From Marsupella aquatica (Eukaryota; Plantae; Marchantiophyta): a stretch of 64,000 nt of DNA. The stretch is taken from contig OZ316891.1 in NCBI GenBank assembly GCA_973895155.1, positions 17,854,095 through 17,918,094 of the forward strand, in the 5' to 3' direction. Shown piece by piece: positions 27,064 through 41,600 of the stretch. The notes under the pieces were generated by a model. It was not told where the DNA came from, did not search any database, and saw only the letters and a program-made list of their open reading frames with translations. Each line of letters starts with the position of its first letter. The first letter of the stretch is position 1. The position numbers and the translations under genes were made by a program.

Positions 27064-27601
27064 ACTAGAAAAATAACAGTTATTTAAATTTTGCCCAAAA
27101 CAACTACTATGGTGACTTTTTTGACAAATGATACTTAGACATGTGACGGTCTCCACAATCATTGGGGGTGACATTTGCCAAAAGTCAATTGTGGTCAATG
27201 CACCTTGAACCTCAAACAACTTCTTTCATGACTAGAATTCAAGTAGAAACTATATAGCCCTTGCCACTATATGACTAGATTTTGAGTCTTAAAGATACTT
27301 TGTGTCAAACTTTTAATACTAGTTATATGACTAGAAAAATAACAATTATTAAATTTTTCCCAAAACAACTACTATGGTGACTTTTTTTGACAAATGATAC
27401 CTAAACATGTGGCGGTCTCCACAATCATTGGGGGTGACAATTGCCAAAAGTCAATTGTGGTCAATGCACCCTGAACCTCAAATAACTTCTTTCATGACTA
27501 GAATTCAAGTAGAAACTATATAGCCCTTGCCACTATATGACTAGATTTTGAGTCTTAAAGATACTTTGTGTCAACTTTTAATACTAGTTATATGACTAGA
27601 A
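27064..27601. repeat. About 266-bp direct tandem duplication in the CACTA-1 subterminal region
   Basis: ACTAGAAAAATAACA...TAGTTATATG occurs twice, near-identical. Confidence 0.9.
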
Positions 27602-28310
27602 TTGAAATCATAACCAAATTACATTTACAACTTGTAGTGTCACTAAATTTAAAGTGATAACATGACATATTAGACACATGTAGTACTTACAGCTATATAA
27701 CTAAGTTTGATGTAATAAAGATATTATTTTGCAATTTAGTTCTTGATATATGTCTTAAATTGAAGTAGTAATTGTAAAGTTTTTGTTATTTGTTATATAT
27801 GACTGTATTTACAGACCTATCATTCAGTCCATTATTACTTGCTATATGACTACATCTTAAGTGTTATAGATTGCTACGTTACAACTTTAAAATGGGTGAT
27901 GAACATCATTCATATCTTTGATAACTATAGTTGCAGTAGTATGACCATAGTCTAGTATTGATCACTTCAATTGTAGTGATTTGGGTGTACTATAGAACTT
28001 GAATGATAGTACATTAGAATGTCGAATCACTAGATGTAGAGTCATTAGTTTTAAAGTTCTAAACCCTAAATAGCAATAGCAAAAACCTCAAATGTCTCAC
28101 ATACACATTCAAATAAATTTGAGAAATGACACAATCTTAGTAAGTCATCATTTCAAACACCAACAAAATTCCAGAGTGATACACATCTGGGAATCCAAAA
28201 ACCGAGAGCCATAGTTGCACAATAGTATCCATGCTACCTATATGGGAACCTACATACTTCTTCAATCACATGGATTCTCTATTGCAAGCTCTACTCCTCA
28301 ATTACTAATC

Positions 28311-31290
28311 CTACTTCCTCATTAACTTCTGCCTCCACAAAAATGGGTGCCCCTTCACATGTTTGAGGGCTACCAAGTCTTCTGGGTGCTTTTCTTGGAG
28401 AGGTGCATCTCCATTCAAAATAGAAACAACTTTGACAATCAAGAAGCCAGTAGGAACTGGGTTGTCATAATATCGATCAAGTCCACATACTCCATCGATT
28501 TTAGCAATAGCAATCACCTGCTGATCCACTGGTGATTTCAATTTCACCATGTCTCCTACTTTAAACGTCACACATCAACAACATAACACAGCTATTTCAT
28601 TACTTAGACTTGTTAATGACAAGTTACAGCAAATAAATGAATAGGACATGTATTGAAAGCAATCATTTGCTTTTGCTCACCTTCAAGACAAAAGGTGAAG
28701 GGATCGACTTTGAAAACTCTGTAACAATGGCTTCTTCATATGACTTTGTCAAAACAACTTCAGGTGTCAAAGCTTCTATTATCTCCTACGGCAAAACAGA
28801 TTAGGGTGAGACAACTTACATAAGCACGCCCTACCAGGTTCACATTACAAATTCATGGAATAATGAACACATTAATAGTACAAATTTTAGGGTTTAGATG
28901 GTATTCCAACCTTATCTTTGAATTGTCTGCTTTGATCATGTTGCGCAGGCAAACTGTATATCACCTCTGTTTCTTCATTGATCTCTTGCTTCACAATCAC
29001 TGGGTCATAATTATATTCCACAGCAGCATTGAGATCAATCCCCTGATCATCTTCAACTGCCCATTAACATTTCAAAACATTAGAAAACATTCACTAATCC
29101 AAGTCATGCATGCTTGATTACACATACTTTAACTGTCCTCTGTAAAGAACATACCTTCTTTGGTCAAGTCCACCAAAAAGTCTAGTTTCACAGCTGAAGT
29201 ACTATGGCCTGAATGACTTTTTGGAACTGAACTCATTCGTGATGGCATTGAAGACTGTCCCGGCCCAACTGGGACAGTTCTGGTTTCTTCCACATCTTGA
29301 CTTAGGCTAGGTTTTGTCAAAACAGTTAACATTTTGTCAAACCCAACACTCATCCCTGTACTTATTGCATTCACAATTGTACTCAACATACGCTCATCAC
29401 GTCCTTCCTCGTCTCCCATCATAGCCCTGGAACCTGGTGTCTGCAACCATTGAACAATCATACAAAAGTTAGTGAATATCACCTAGACTTGGCAATTTGG
29501 AAATCAAAAATTGGACTTGTGAACTAATACTCACAATTGACTTTCTGCCTCTCCGATGAGATGGTGTGGTCTGTCCTGTGACAGATCTCACACTTGATAC
29601 TCCAAATCTATCATCTTTTGAGCGTAGCTCAGACAGAGGTGGACTTTCCCCTCTTTTTCTCTTCTGAGCAATGAAACCAAACAATACATATTAGAATGAA
29701 ACTTCTTGCTTCTTTGCATACCAATTGCTAAAACAAAGGAAGACACATGCTGTAATCCTACTTGTTGTTTACAAACATTCATAATAACTGTAAATGAATC
29801 TTGTATACTTACAAAGTCAGACTCCTTCCCACGGTAGCCACCTCGTCCAACCCTTGATGGATTAATGACTTTAGATCTTGCATACTTCATCTTGTCAATG
29901 CTAGACATCCCTTCTGGAGACAGCCACCACTCACACAATGCCTTCCAATGTTCAGGCTTCACATTCTCAAGGGGCTTCTTGTCCAAGCGTCTTCCACCTT
30001 CCTGAAAATATTTGTGGAGTCTTGCTCGCTGTGCTTTCATTACTGCTGAACAATGAGACCTGAACTTCTTCATTGACAGAGTCCCCTGTACATACTCCCA
30101 ATCGTTCTCCAACACAGCATAAACATGAAGAAGAACCCCTGAGTCTTGCTTCTTAATCTCATGGATAGAAGGATTCAGTTTACCCATACACACAGCATGA
30201 AGATCATCTCCCCAACGTGCCCGATATGGATCATTGGGATCAACATCATTGTTCCAAATCTGCACACAATGCATCATAAGAGACCAATAACAGAGGACAA
30301 ACAATAAATCACAAGCATGATCTTTCACAAGCAACATACAGTGATTGCAGCTTTCTTCATGCCCAACTTGCGACGCTCGCTTGTCTTCTCTTCCCATTGT
30401 TTCTTTGCAGCACGAGATGGTTGTCATACGTGTGTCTGTTCTGATCTTTCTGTGACAATTCCATCATCCAGATCACGAGCAGATGCTCTAGGCAAGGGTG
30501 TCACTACCACAACCAACCAAAGAGATTCTGTTAGCAAGTCAAACATTAATGTAACTTGTGACAATCAATCTGCAACTGTGAGAATCTTTGAACTCAGGAT
30601 TCACTTGGCAAGTCAAAAACAAGTTCATGACAAGTGAGGTAATGAATAAATTACTTACACACACTCACTTCCTTTGTCCTAGGATCCACATAATATTTAA
30701 GCCCTGACTTTCGGGGAGCCTGAGGATAACAGTGTGCACATTCAAGTAATTAGTAACAGTAGCACCAGATTGAGATATACAGAAATTGGACAATTAATGC
30801 AATTAGCTTCAAGTGAAGTAGAAAATGACAGTGAGTCTTCTCTTACCTTACGTAGCTCTTCAACACCATCTGATTCAAAGCCATCACTTAAACCTGCCCC
30901 ATAATTTGTCTCAGCTGATTTTTCAGACTCATCACTCCCACTGTTGTCACTCTCCATGATTTTCTCCAGGTGCCTGCCAAGTAATCGTGAACTCCTACGC
31001 TTTGCTATAGACGGCTGATTCTGTTCAATCTTCTTTGACAACTTAGATAGACGCTTGACCCTTGCCTCACCCTGTAAATTGCAATCTCCCTGGCAATGTC
31101 ATGAGTGTGAACCATTAGTAATAAATTCAAGGCATAAATTCAAAACTATATAGGGATAGAGTACATACTTTAAATCTCTTGCAGCAGTTCCTACGAACTG
31201 GTCAAGTATAGCTTGGTTGGCTGCTATGTTCTTATTTCTCTGTGCCTCATAGGCATTCTCAGAACCTTTCACCCCAGACCGATCATGCAT
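28311..31290 (-). CDS. CACTA-1 TnpA/Ptta-like multi-exon gene (Transposase_24-like core, C-terminal Tnp1/Transposase_23-like domain); integrity uncertain
   Basis: Exon 29811-30260 reads KPEHWKALCEWWLS...ARSKVINPSRVGRGGY. Terminal exon 28311-28571 reads VGDMVKLKS...VKVVSILNGDAPL...FLW. N-terminal AYEAQRNKNIAANQAIL. Confidence 0.7.
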
Positions 31291-31364
31291 TTCAATTCAA
31301 AACTGCATAAAAAAACACTATCACCAAAGAGCAATCAGTACTTCCTGCCCCAAGAGGCACATTC

Positions 31365-34300
31365 TCACTCTTCATCTGAATCTTCTTCATCTTCCCAAAC
31401 ATCATCATCATCACTATCACTTCTTGTCAACACTGCCATCTCCTGAAAAACTACAATTTCTCCTTCATCCAAGGGAGAAACCCACTTTGCCTTCAAGATT
31501 ATGGCTGGTTCAGAATGTAACACAGGTCCATAGTCAAGCACAAGTATCTGTGTCAGAACCCCCACATATGTAAGCTTGGCCAAATTCACCCCGGTTTCTT
31601 CCCTGATCTGCTCATGGAAAGTTGTGGCCACCTCGGAATCAAATGTAGCATATCCTTGACAATCAGTGTCCCTAAGAGTGGACATCTCACGCCATTCGCC
31701 ATTCCTATCTTTGCAGTGCATCACTCTATAATGGTTCCCAAAAGCCTTCATTGAAATGTAAGACAAAGCCTTCTGGCTTGGTGGAAAAGAAATTGCAGTC
31801 AACAGCAACTTGTCCTCATTGTCATCCAGGTTAGCCTTGTGTATTGTATCCCTGAACCACACTCCAAAAGGAATGGAAGCAAATTCAGCAGGACAGGCCA
31901 TTGCTTGACGTCTGCCTCATCATCGTTCTGCATTATGCTGTCTTAGAACAGCTTCTCTTTCTATCCTTCGCTCCTCCTCTTCTGACTCATACAACCTTCC
32001 AAGCAAGCAAAGAACAATATCAGATACCACAAAAGAAAGACTGTCATATTGTGACAATGCATTTAGAACTACATTATTGAACACTCAGACAACCAGCAAC
32101 AAAATGATGTAGTTATTTCATGTACATGAGCCATGGTGCAACCTGTACATGGTTCTATAGGTAATAGGTGTGGGCAGTATCTCGATCAGCAACACTTAGA
32201 GACAGTTTACTTGAGGCCCCTTCCAGGACCACACCTTTAACCCCTGCCTCTTCTTCAGAGTCCCAGACCCGCTGCCGAGTTACTTCGCACTGAACCATAT
32301 ACTCTGTGAGAAATCCTAATGCCTCCTCTAGGATATAACCCTCAGCCATAGATGCCTCTGGTTGTGCCCTGTTTCTTACAAAACCCTTTAGTTTTTTCAA
32401 GTATCTCTCAATTGGATACATCCACCGTTGTGACACAGGTCCACATATATCTAGCTCTTCCACTATATGCACCATCAAATGTGTCATGACATCAAAAAAC
32501 GAAGCTGGAAAATGCATTTCCAGAGCACACAAAGTATGTGCCACATCTGTCATCAGTTCATCCTTAGTGCTAGGGTCCCAGACCTTACAGCAAATTTTAC
32601 GCCACACACGACACACACTAATGATAGCCATTCGAGGTCCTGTTCCCATCAAGTCCTTCAATGCCAAGGGAAGTATCTGCTGCATGAGGCAATGGTAGTC
32701 ATGAGACTTGAGGCCAGCCAACTTATTGTTGGCTCTCACACACTTTGCCAACGAGCTACCAAAATCTGTGGGAATCTTCAAGTTCTTCAAAGTGCCCAGG
32801 AACTTCTCCAGCTCTGGTTTGCTCATCACATAGGGCGCCTTGGGCTTCACAAAATGGTCCTTCTTATTGTTTGGATGAGGCTTCATCCACAGCTGCTCGT
32901 GAATGCCTTCAGCCTCCATATCATTCCGCACAGCAGTGGTATCCTTCTTCCCAGAAGTAGTGTGAATCAAATTCTGAGCAATGTTCTTCTCTGTGTGCAT
33001 GGGATCCAGCACATGGTTGATCAGAAGTTTCTGCATCCAAACAACAAAAAGCAGATTGACAGTCCAACTGCAAATTGACATGTGTGTACAATGCTGGTAC
33101 TATGCAATATCTTAAAGTGAAAAAGGTGAATGCCAGTGTGACTTTACTCACCGACCAGTATGGCAGTTTTGCAAGACCTTGTGTCCTCTTCACCCCATGA
33201 AACTTCGAAGGACAGTTCTTGCTTCCTTGTTTGGCCCCAGGTGTTTTCAAGTACTCTTCCACATCAGCAGCAAAGGATAATTTTTGCTCACAAGTCATCC
33301 TTGGGGGAGGCCCCCGTGGCTCGCACTCCCCATCAAATTTTGCTGCATAACTTTGGGAGCGGTATTTATTCTCCTCCAACCACCTTCGACTCCCCAGAAA
33401 TACATTCTTGGATAGAGCGGCAGACCTTCTGCAGCTCACATTGGGACCACCCACAATGCATCCATGATATCCTTTTGTGACTTGACCCGATATGAGACCC
33501 AAAGCTGGATAGTCATTTACTGTCCACAATAGAATGGCCCGTAGATTGAACCACTTATTCAGGCCAGGCCTGTCAAGTGCATCAAAGCATGGAACTCCCT
33601 CCCAGAGCTCCAAAAGCTCCTCCAGCAATGGAGCCATGTAAATGTCAATGTTGCGGTCAGTCACTGAATCAGGCCCAGGGATCAGCAAAGATAACATAAT
33701 GAAGAACTTCTTGGTGGACAACCAATGGGGCAGATTGTAATTCAACAATACAACAGGCCATGTAGAGTGCTTGAGGTTGTTTTCCCCAAAGGGGTTCACA
33801 CCATCCAGAGCCAATCCAAGGTGTACATTGCGAGGCTATGCTTCAAATGTTGGATCAATGGTTGTATCAATCTCCTTCCGTGCCCTAGAATCTGCAACAT
33901 GCCGGACCTTTCCATCTGTGCTTTTATTGTCCTTATGCCATGTCATCAACTCTGAAATTGCCTTGCACCTGTACATTCGTTTCAACCTGGGTATGAGGGG
34001 GAAATGTCGAAGGACTTTCACAGGTTGCTTTGATTGTCCAACCTGCTTATACCTAGGCTTTTTGCACAGTGGACACTCTTCGCAATGAGCATGCTCCTTT
34101 CTGAATAGGACACATCCATCCTCACAAGCATCAATTTTGACATAATCCAAGCCAGCATGACTGATCAGCTTCTTGCATGCATACAGGTTTTTAGGCAGCA
34201 GATTCTTAGCAGGCATCAACTGTTTCCCCATCAACGAAAGCAGTTCATCAACTCCAAAGTTGGTGAAACCATGATTATCAATGGCATGTGTTTAGAAATG

Positions 34301-34918
34301 TCAACACAAATGACAATTGGGAAGTAGTGGACCCCTCATACAAAGGGGCACACGCCTCTTCAAATGCTCGCATCATCTTCTCCTCTGCCTGTTGGTCCCA
34401 AATCTGAGGTGTTGCTTCTCCAGATGTACTATCTGCCTCCAGAAGATCATCCATGTTGAAGAGACCCTCTTTGCTTTCCTGTAGAGTGGGCTCCTCTGCA
34501 GTGGTTTCTTGGACACGTTCACTGGCATTAGCAGTTTCACTTGGTATTGCCAGGTCCTCTAGTATCCCAGGGATATCTATGCCACAATCCATATCATTGG
34601 CAAGTTCCTCTACACATCTTGCATTGTCCACAGGGCCCTCAAATGCACCATCCCCCTCCATGCAGTGTGCATTCCACTCATCATCAGAGAGCCACAGTCC
34701 TCTCCCCACCAATACCTTTGCGATGGGTGGCGAGAATTCTGAATGAGGTGCTTTTTGACTGTCCCTAGACTCACACGATTACCCCTACAGTTGCAAATGT
34801 AGCAAGGACATTTTATCTTTGTCATCCCAGCAGCTCTACAAGCTGCAGTCTGTCGACGCCATAACTTATCATCCCTCCTATTCAAGTCATCTTGACTACC
34901 ACGAAAGTTCCTCAACAT
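31365..34918 (-). pseudogene. CACTA-1 TnpD/Tnp2-family DDE transposase, disrupted
   Basis: Domains: transposase-associated (KCPCYIC...KKHL), KIDACEDGCVLF, Transposase_21 (LALDGVNPF, STWPVVLLNYNLP), DUF4218 (LKSHDYH, FFDVMTHL, RWMYPIERY) and DUF4216. Frameshifts near 34700 and 34275; in-frame stops at 33836 and 32155. Confidence 0.9.
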
Positions 34919-35068
34919 TGTTTCAGCCACTTCAAGTCAATCCAATCAATGTCTTCCACTCAATTTGCCAGAATGTAGAGGACCCACGTACCTTGCAACC
35001 TCTGCAAGCTCTCTGGATACTGCAATCCACTCTAATGGTACCAGCACTGGACTCCACACCTCTAGGCT

Positions 35069-35500
35069 ACTCTGCACGTACATCCATGACCATATCAGAA
35101 TACAATGGTGTATAGTCATAGAATCCCACTCCACTAGCTCAGTGATATCAGATCTGTGAATCTTATCAGATCAGTACAAATACCACTCCTGTGCTCGATG
35201 ATAGTCAAGCCTCAGGTACTCAGGCAGGTACATTAAGTCATCTAAGTCTAACCCAAGATCATGCCATGGTGGTCTACGATCTGTGCCTACAAGTAGTGGC
35301 TACTAAATCATATGGCAAAACATGTAGCAAACTACTACATTCCTCATCATCCTCTTCACACCCGGCTTCACACTCATCTGCCGAAAAGTAAACCTCCTCC
35401 TCATTTCCCCTACAATACTGTACAACAGATTCAAGGCTGACAATGATTCTGCCAGGTGGGGGTACAAATTTCCGGATGACCAAACCAACTAGCCAAACCA
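35069..35500 (-). pseudogene. F-box cargo gene remnant of CACTA-1 (internal deletion)
   Basis: EEEVYFSADE...SSLLHVLPYDLV aligns with EEDIYFSADE...SLLPDLADDIV of the CACTA-2 F-box ORF. DNA at 35069-35120 and 35209-35300 closely matches 45465-45517 and 45609-45700. The F-box core is deleted. Confidence 0.75.
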
Positions 35501-36179
35501 CCACAACATACATCCATGTAGCCACCCGTATGAGGGGTCTACATATGGTATGGCAATCTGGAAAAAAACGACATACCGAGTGTAGTGTTTCACCTCCAAC
35601 ATTCATTGGTGAGAACCTACAACATGGACACAACAGTAAGCTCAGCTCCCTCATAATCTGTACTATCTTGCCACTCTGTAGTTGTCTCTTTAAGTTCATA
35701 CTGTGCATTTTTAGTTGCAGAAAGGTTTTACGTTTTATCTCTTACGTTTCATGTGTTTAGGATGCTTCTTTCAAACTTGAAACTCTATTGCTACCCACAG
35801 ACAGTAGGTTGAAGAAAATATCCCGTTGACAATGCCCCATCCATGACAGCCAACATCCAAGACAATCGTATAAACATTGGGTCCAAACAATTCAATCACA
35901 TCCACAATATTGACATCCATGCATAAACATCAATGGGAATGTTCCTCATACTGGTATACAAAATAATTACCGAATAAATAAATAGAGTTTGAGTACTTTA
36001 GATGTTTTAGGAAGCCTTAGTCAATTAAACCGGGAGCACTGTCTCCATGCTTGTGCTAACCATTCACACAGTTCACAAAATGTGTGATTATGACAAAACA
36101 TCATTGTTCCATTGATTAACTAACTGTATCAATGTCTACAGTAGTAATGATGTATTTGAACCAAAATGGACCAGGTGAA

Positions 36180-36831
36180 TCAAAGCCAGGAGTTGTGATC
36201 ATGAGCCGTTGTGCCTAGAGCAGGGTCAATAGGATGGTCAGGACAGTAAATCATCCAACGTCCCTGGTCATGTGCAGTATGATGCCAGGGCACTCTGTCC
36301 GATGCAAAACCTTGACGCTTACTCTCGGCTAGGGAAGTACGATGCCAAGTTTTGGGACATCTCAAACACTGCACGGCCTCTGCCAGATGAGGGTCACCAT
36401 GGTCTTGCTGGCATGCAACACATGTATGGATGGGGCAAGACTCCACATCAAGTGGCAAGCATCCATGACAATAAAAACGAACACAATGGCTGGGGGCACT
36501 GCCTGGCAGTAGTAGAGACAATGCCACACTGAAAACACCTGTATGTCTTATCCTTACACTCTGGACAATACCAAGGATCATCATCCTTGCCTGGTGCAAT
36601 AAATACAGCAGGGCACCTGCCAACAACCTCACCAACTTTGGAAACATGGTGGAAGTGCCGATGGCAAGCCCCATCACACATGGCCAGATCTCCATGCCAG
36701 TCACAAATGCCACAAAGCTGGGGACTACACTGACGTTTCTCAACGTCTGACCACAATTCAATCATCAACACATCTTCCTCCTTTCTCGTTCGAGTATCAT
36801 TCTTTCTGGCTTTATGCTTGGTCCTAGCCAT
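36180..36831 (-). pseudogene. EDM2-type composite PHD-finger cargo gene of CACTA-1, one frameshift near 36483
   Basis: MARTKHKARK...CGICDWHGDLAMCDGACHRHFH...WYCPEC...CFQCG, then after the shift CPIHTCVAC...CLRCPKTWH...IYCPDHPIDPALGTTAHDHNSWL. Colinear with 47737-48417. Confidence 0.85.
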
Positions 36832-38283
36832 TATGACCACTGGACATGAACAAGAAAACTTGAAGAGTTATTAAACAGTTAAATTGGCTGTCATAAAACA
36901 CGTACTTACCACTTGCATATTGCAATCCAATGTGGGGCCAGAATGTAGAGGACTCACTAATTGTACACACTCAACCAAGAGGAAGGCAATGAAATTTGGA
37001 GATTGCCTTGATCGGTTTCAGATGTAGATCTCAATCCCCTCTCACGTCACAAGATGTAAAAACAAGGATTCATAATCTGCAACAACACAAATGTGACACA
37101 AAATATCATTTAAATGGAGCCACTACACAGAGCACTGGTTTGAGTTGGCAAGGACTATGCATGGACAAACATCACATGGACACTCTTCAACTTTCTTCAT
37201 TCACTATACCCGATCTAGAGCCATAAGGCATATCTGCCAGGGGGGAGTGGGAGTCATTGACAGAGACTTTAACTATTGGATTCAACTTTCATTTAACAAT
37301 AGATTGTGGGCCTTCTGGAACAGAGTCATTGAACAGAGATGTTGAGTGGACTGGTGACATCTTAGATTAAAATGTTGTGCTTAGTAGATAGGGGTTTTGC
37401 AATGTACTTCAAAACTTTAATTCCACTGAGGTGTTCAAACCCTCAATACCAAATTGTACGAACACTAGTAGAAACCGGGGGGTATTTAGACCCCATTAAA
37501 CGACTATTCAGTACCGTATAGGACTTGGAAATGACTGGGAAGGACTCTAGTCCTTTATAGGATTGCGAGTCGTATGCTTTGTTACTATAATCAACTGAGT
37601 CCTTTATAGAACTGGTTTATAAGTCGTTTAATAGACTGGATTTTCAGTCTATTTTAGTCTTTGTGTGGGTAGCTTTGGTGAGTCGTTTTCAGTCTTTTAT
37701 GGGCTGCGATGATGAGTCGTTGGGAACGACTAAAAAGGTTATGGAGGGTAGTCTTTAAATATACTTTGTGGGGTATGTATAAGTCTTTCATGTCAACTGG
37801 ATATGAGTGATGAAGACCCCACTATACTACTTGGAATGAACCCACTCTTGTGCACAAATAACATATTGCATTCATGTTTTATTGTGTACTTGGAATGAAC
37901 TCACTCTATAAGTTCACCATTCATCATGTTAACATTAGAATACATAGTTTCAGAAAGCCATCTTCTATACCATGTACACTAATATGAATTCACAGATTCA
38001 AACAGACTACAAAGAAGGTCACAAAGTATTCCTCTATACCATACACACTAATACTGAAATGATAAAATAGATTCAAGTATCATAGACAATCACCATAGAG
38101 CCATAGTTTGACATCAATCACTTGTTTCATACATACAGAATTCAGAAATATCAATGTCACACACAACGTCTCCTTCATCCTCTTTACCAAATGGAAAAAT
38201 TGGTACAGATATTTCTTGGATCTTTCCAAGGCAATGTCAAAATGTGACACAATTCACATGATGCTATCTACACTTGCATTCAG

Positions 38284-41200
38284 TCACTGCAGACTAACAC
38301 ACTCTGATGGCCAGAGCACAAGAGATCCTACTGCATCTGCAATTATTTCCTGAGGTGGATCATCGTCTCTATTCGGAAATGGCAAATTACAATCAGATAC
38401 GATCACTGTAGTCAACAACACTACTACATGGTCATCCGGGACCACTTTGCCATGGAATTTTGCATGATCCGGTCGCAAAATGCCTGTACCCACACATACC
38501 TGCGAGTCATCCTCCCATGATAGAAGATTATGGACTGGCTCTGCTGTGGCTATCACCTCCACCTTACCTTGGCTGTTTTTCTTGGCTTTCCTGGGTGGCT
38601 TATACATGACATTATTCATACCTTGGTTGCGAGTCATGACTTTGGCACGAGTGTTTTGTGCTGGTGATCGAGAATTGGCTACACTCTTCTTCAAAGAATC
38701 TGCATCCATATTTGACACTTCTGATTGTGTAGCAGGATTTCCCTGCGACATCATCTCAGTATCTGCCAACATTGTACTTGCTTCAATTGAAGCATCTACA
38801 ATCTTACTTGCATCCAATGTTGCTCCCAAGTTTCGACGTCGCTTCACCCTACTCCCACTTGGTTGAGAGTCTGTCAACTCTGCATCAACTACAATTCAGT
38901 GTCATGTCCAACATAAGTCAATCACTCATCACATGTGCTAAATGTACATGTCACCAACCACAAAGTTGTCACTATCTCCTTACCATTATGAACAACCTTC
39001 TTCCCCTTCTTTGCCATTGCCATATGCTCCATGTCTGCTTCTGTTGATCAATAAACACACCACAATATTCAGGTTGAATCTATTAACCAATGAATTGTTG
39101 CTCAACATTCATATAGAGGAATTTAAAGCATCAGCTTACCTGATACCTCCTTGGCTATGGTCACTGAGGCACTGGGCACATCTTCTTCATTATTGCTCTT
39201 TGAATCACCTGATACATCAATCATGATGTCACTTCAGATCCCAGTTCATCCAACCAGTTCTTACAGAAAAGATTACCTCCAACCGGCTTAAGCTTCACAA
39301 AACTCCATGCACTTTTCAAATGTAATGTACTGGATCATAGCAGGTTACCTGTCTCAGCAACCTTCTTGCCCTTCTGCTTACTGATTACAGGGTCCTTCTC
39401 TGCCTCCACTCTTCCTGCATTCAAACCATTCACTCAATTCATGAAAACTTACTTCTGACATTTGAACATAGGACACAATGAACAATGGGCCGGTGTCATT
39501 TCCATACCTGTGTCAGATTTGCCAATTCCCTTTTTTGTTAACAAGGGCACACTTTGTACAATGTTGCCCTCATTGTTTGGTTGGGAACCACCCAATTTTT
39601 CAATCACAAGCTTGAAATTAGATTCCACTGATGCAAGAAGGTTTGCTACAGATGCCTCCACAATATCCAAACGATCAGCCAATTTACTTTCCACTCGAGG
39701 GAGTCCACACTCTAATGACTTCAACCGTTCACACATCTCTGTGAGAGTTGTAACAGATAACTGTCCCCAAGAACTGGTTGCTTACTTCCTACTACATTTC
39801 TTTCTGATGCTCAAGGCCAAATAGTCACAGAACATACAGAATTACAACATAGTCACCTGTTTGGAAGTTACACTTGTCACCTCACTCCTTTGTTTCATGA
39901 ACTCCTCTCTCACTTCTTGTGCTGATGGTTCTTCACTTGTCAATTTCTTCTGCAGTCCACATCAACATACATATGAATGAAACCAAGTGTTGATTGTCAA
40001 TGAAAATGTAATAATGGTAGCAAGATGATAAGTTTGAGGCTTACTATCAGGCATGTCACTGCCTTACCAATTGTTCTTTCACTGGAGCATAACTTCCTCT
40101 CCCAGCCTGTGAAAGGTGTTTCACTTTGCCTCGAGCATTTGACATCAGTTCACTCTTGCTCTGTCCAGCCTCCGACATGAACCCTTTGATTAACCGTGTC
40201 CATTGATCCAATTCCAATGATGGGGGTGGTGGCATTCTCCTGTTAGAACCATTGTCTATCCACATCCTTTTCAACCTATGCCTCTCTTGTTTCAAAATCC
40301 TCATTGCATAATCTGATATGCAATCTTCAACTGGGCCCTTACCATCATTACCAACATACTCCCACCGTTCAAGAATGTCCTTGCAGATAGCAGCCCAATC
40401 AGCTTTGTTCTGACTCCTAAACTCTGTAATGCTCAAATCTAACCAACGCAATACTTCTCCTCTTAGGTCAGAATGCCAACGGTTCTTACCATCACATGTG
40501 GGAGTTATCCAACCTTCGGAATTCACTTCTACTTTACCAAATTTGTTACTGTCTCCTGCCTTGGTACTCCCTGAAGCGCTACTAGGTGTCCCTCCACGGC
40601 CTGGTGTCCCCCCACGGCCTGGGGTCCCTCCACGGCCTGATCTCCCCCCATGGTCTGGATTGCATTGTCCAAACCTCCCTGGAGTCCCTGTACATTTATA
40701 GGATCCATTTACAGTCACTTACATTAGGTAAGTATGAATCATAAATCCCGCTGCCAAATATACAGTGGACTTCAGAGCAATTCTGCAATGACCAAGTTAC
40801 CTCTCCCTTGGCGCATAGATGGTTCTGGACCACCTGTCCTATTGCTTTGTCTTGATGAATTAGGGGCGTTTCTCCCGCCTGTGAATGATTGCCTCCTATC
40901 TGAACGTGGATGGCCTTTGTTGTTTTCGTGATTGTCCCAATCAGAGTCTGCATACCAACAGGTACATGCCACACTCATGGACCTGTAAGATAAACTCTTT
41001 GCCCTAGCTACACATCAGATAAGTGCATATTGAGCTAAATCTCTACTACCATCACAAAATCACTAGCACAAGGCACTTACTTGTCCAATCATCCTCCTCA
41101 CCTTTCCATTGCCCTCTGTACCCGTCTCTACCACGCTCTGGGTGTTCATATTCATCCCATCCATCTTCTGCTCCATCATAGTCATCATCATAATTATCAG

Positions 41201-41423
41201 GCGTCCCTTGCCAATAACTCTGGCTCCTTCTAGGGTATGGATTATGTGATTTCTCTCTACCTGCCCACCTACCTGGGACTTGATGAGGGCCCTGTGCATC
41301 TTGCACAGGTGCATTTTTCTGTGAGCCCCCTGCATCTGGGTCTCCATCCATATCCAATCTTTCCTCTTCACCCCACTCTCCAAGCCCCATGTCTGTCTCC
41401 ATGTCATCACCCTCTTCCCCCAT
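38284..41423 (-). CDS. CACTA-2 TnpA/Ptta-like multi-exon gene with C-terminal Tnp1/Transposase_23-like domain
   Basis: Acidic first exon. Exon 40066-40718 reads PPPSLELDQWTRLI...ARGKVKHLSQAGRGSY and contains 3x GRGGTP. A coiled-coil exon lies at 39452-39750. The last exon reads FHGKVVPDDHVVVLLTTV...LPFP...GSLVLWP. The exact exon chain is not fully resolved. Confidence 0.75.
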
Positions 41424-41600
41424 AGCTTCTGCACAGCACCCACAACCAAACAGGGAGAATCAGCACACTAAATTCAAAGTATCAATCAATTTCATGCATA
41501 TCCAACTATCCTAAACATCATTCCAGGCAGCAATTCCCGTTCTGTGACTCTGTGCAGGTAGTCATCCTCAACCTCATACTTGCCAATTGCCAGCTGTTGC

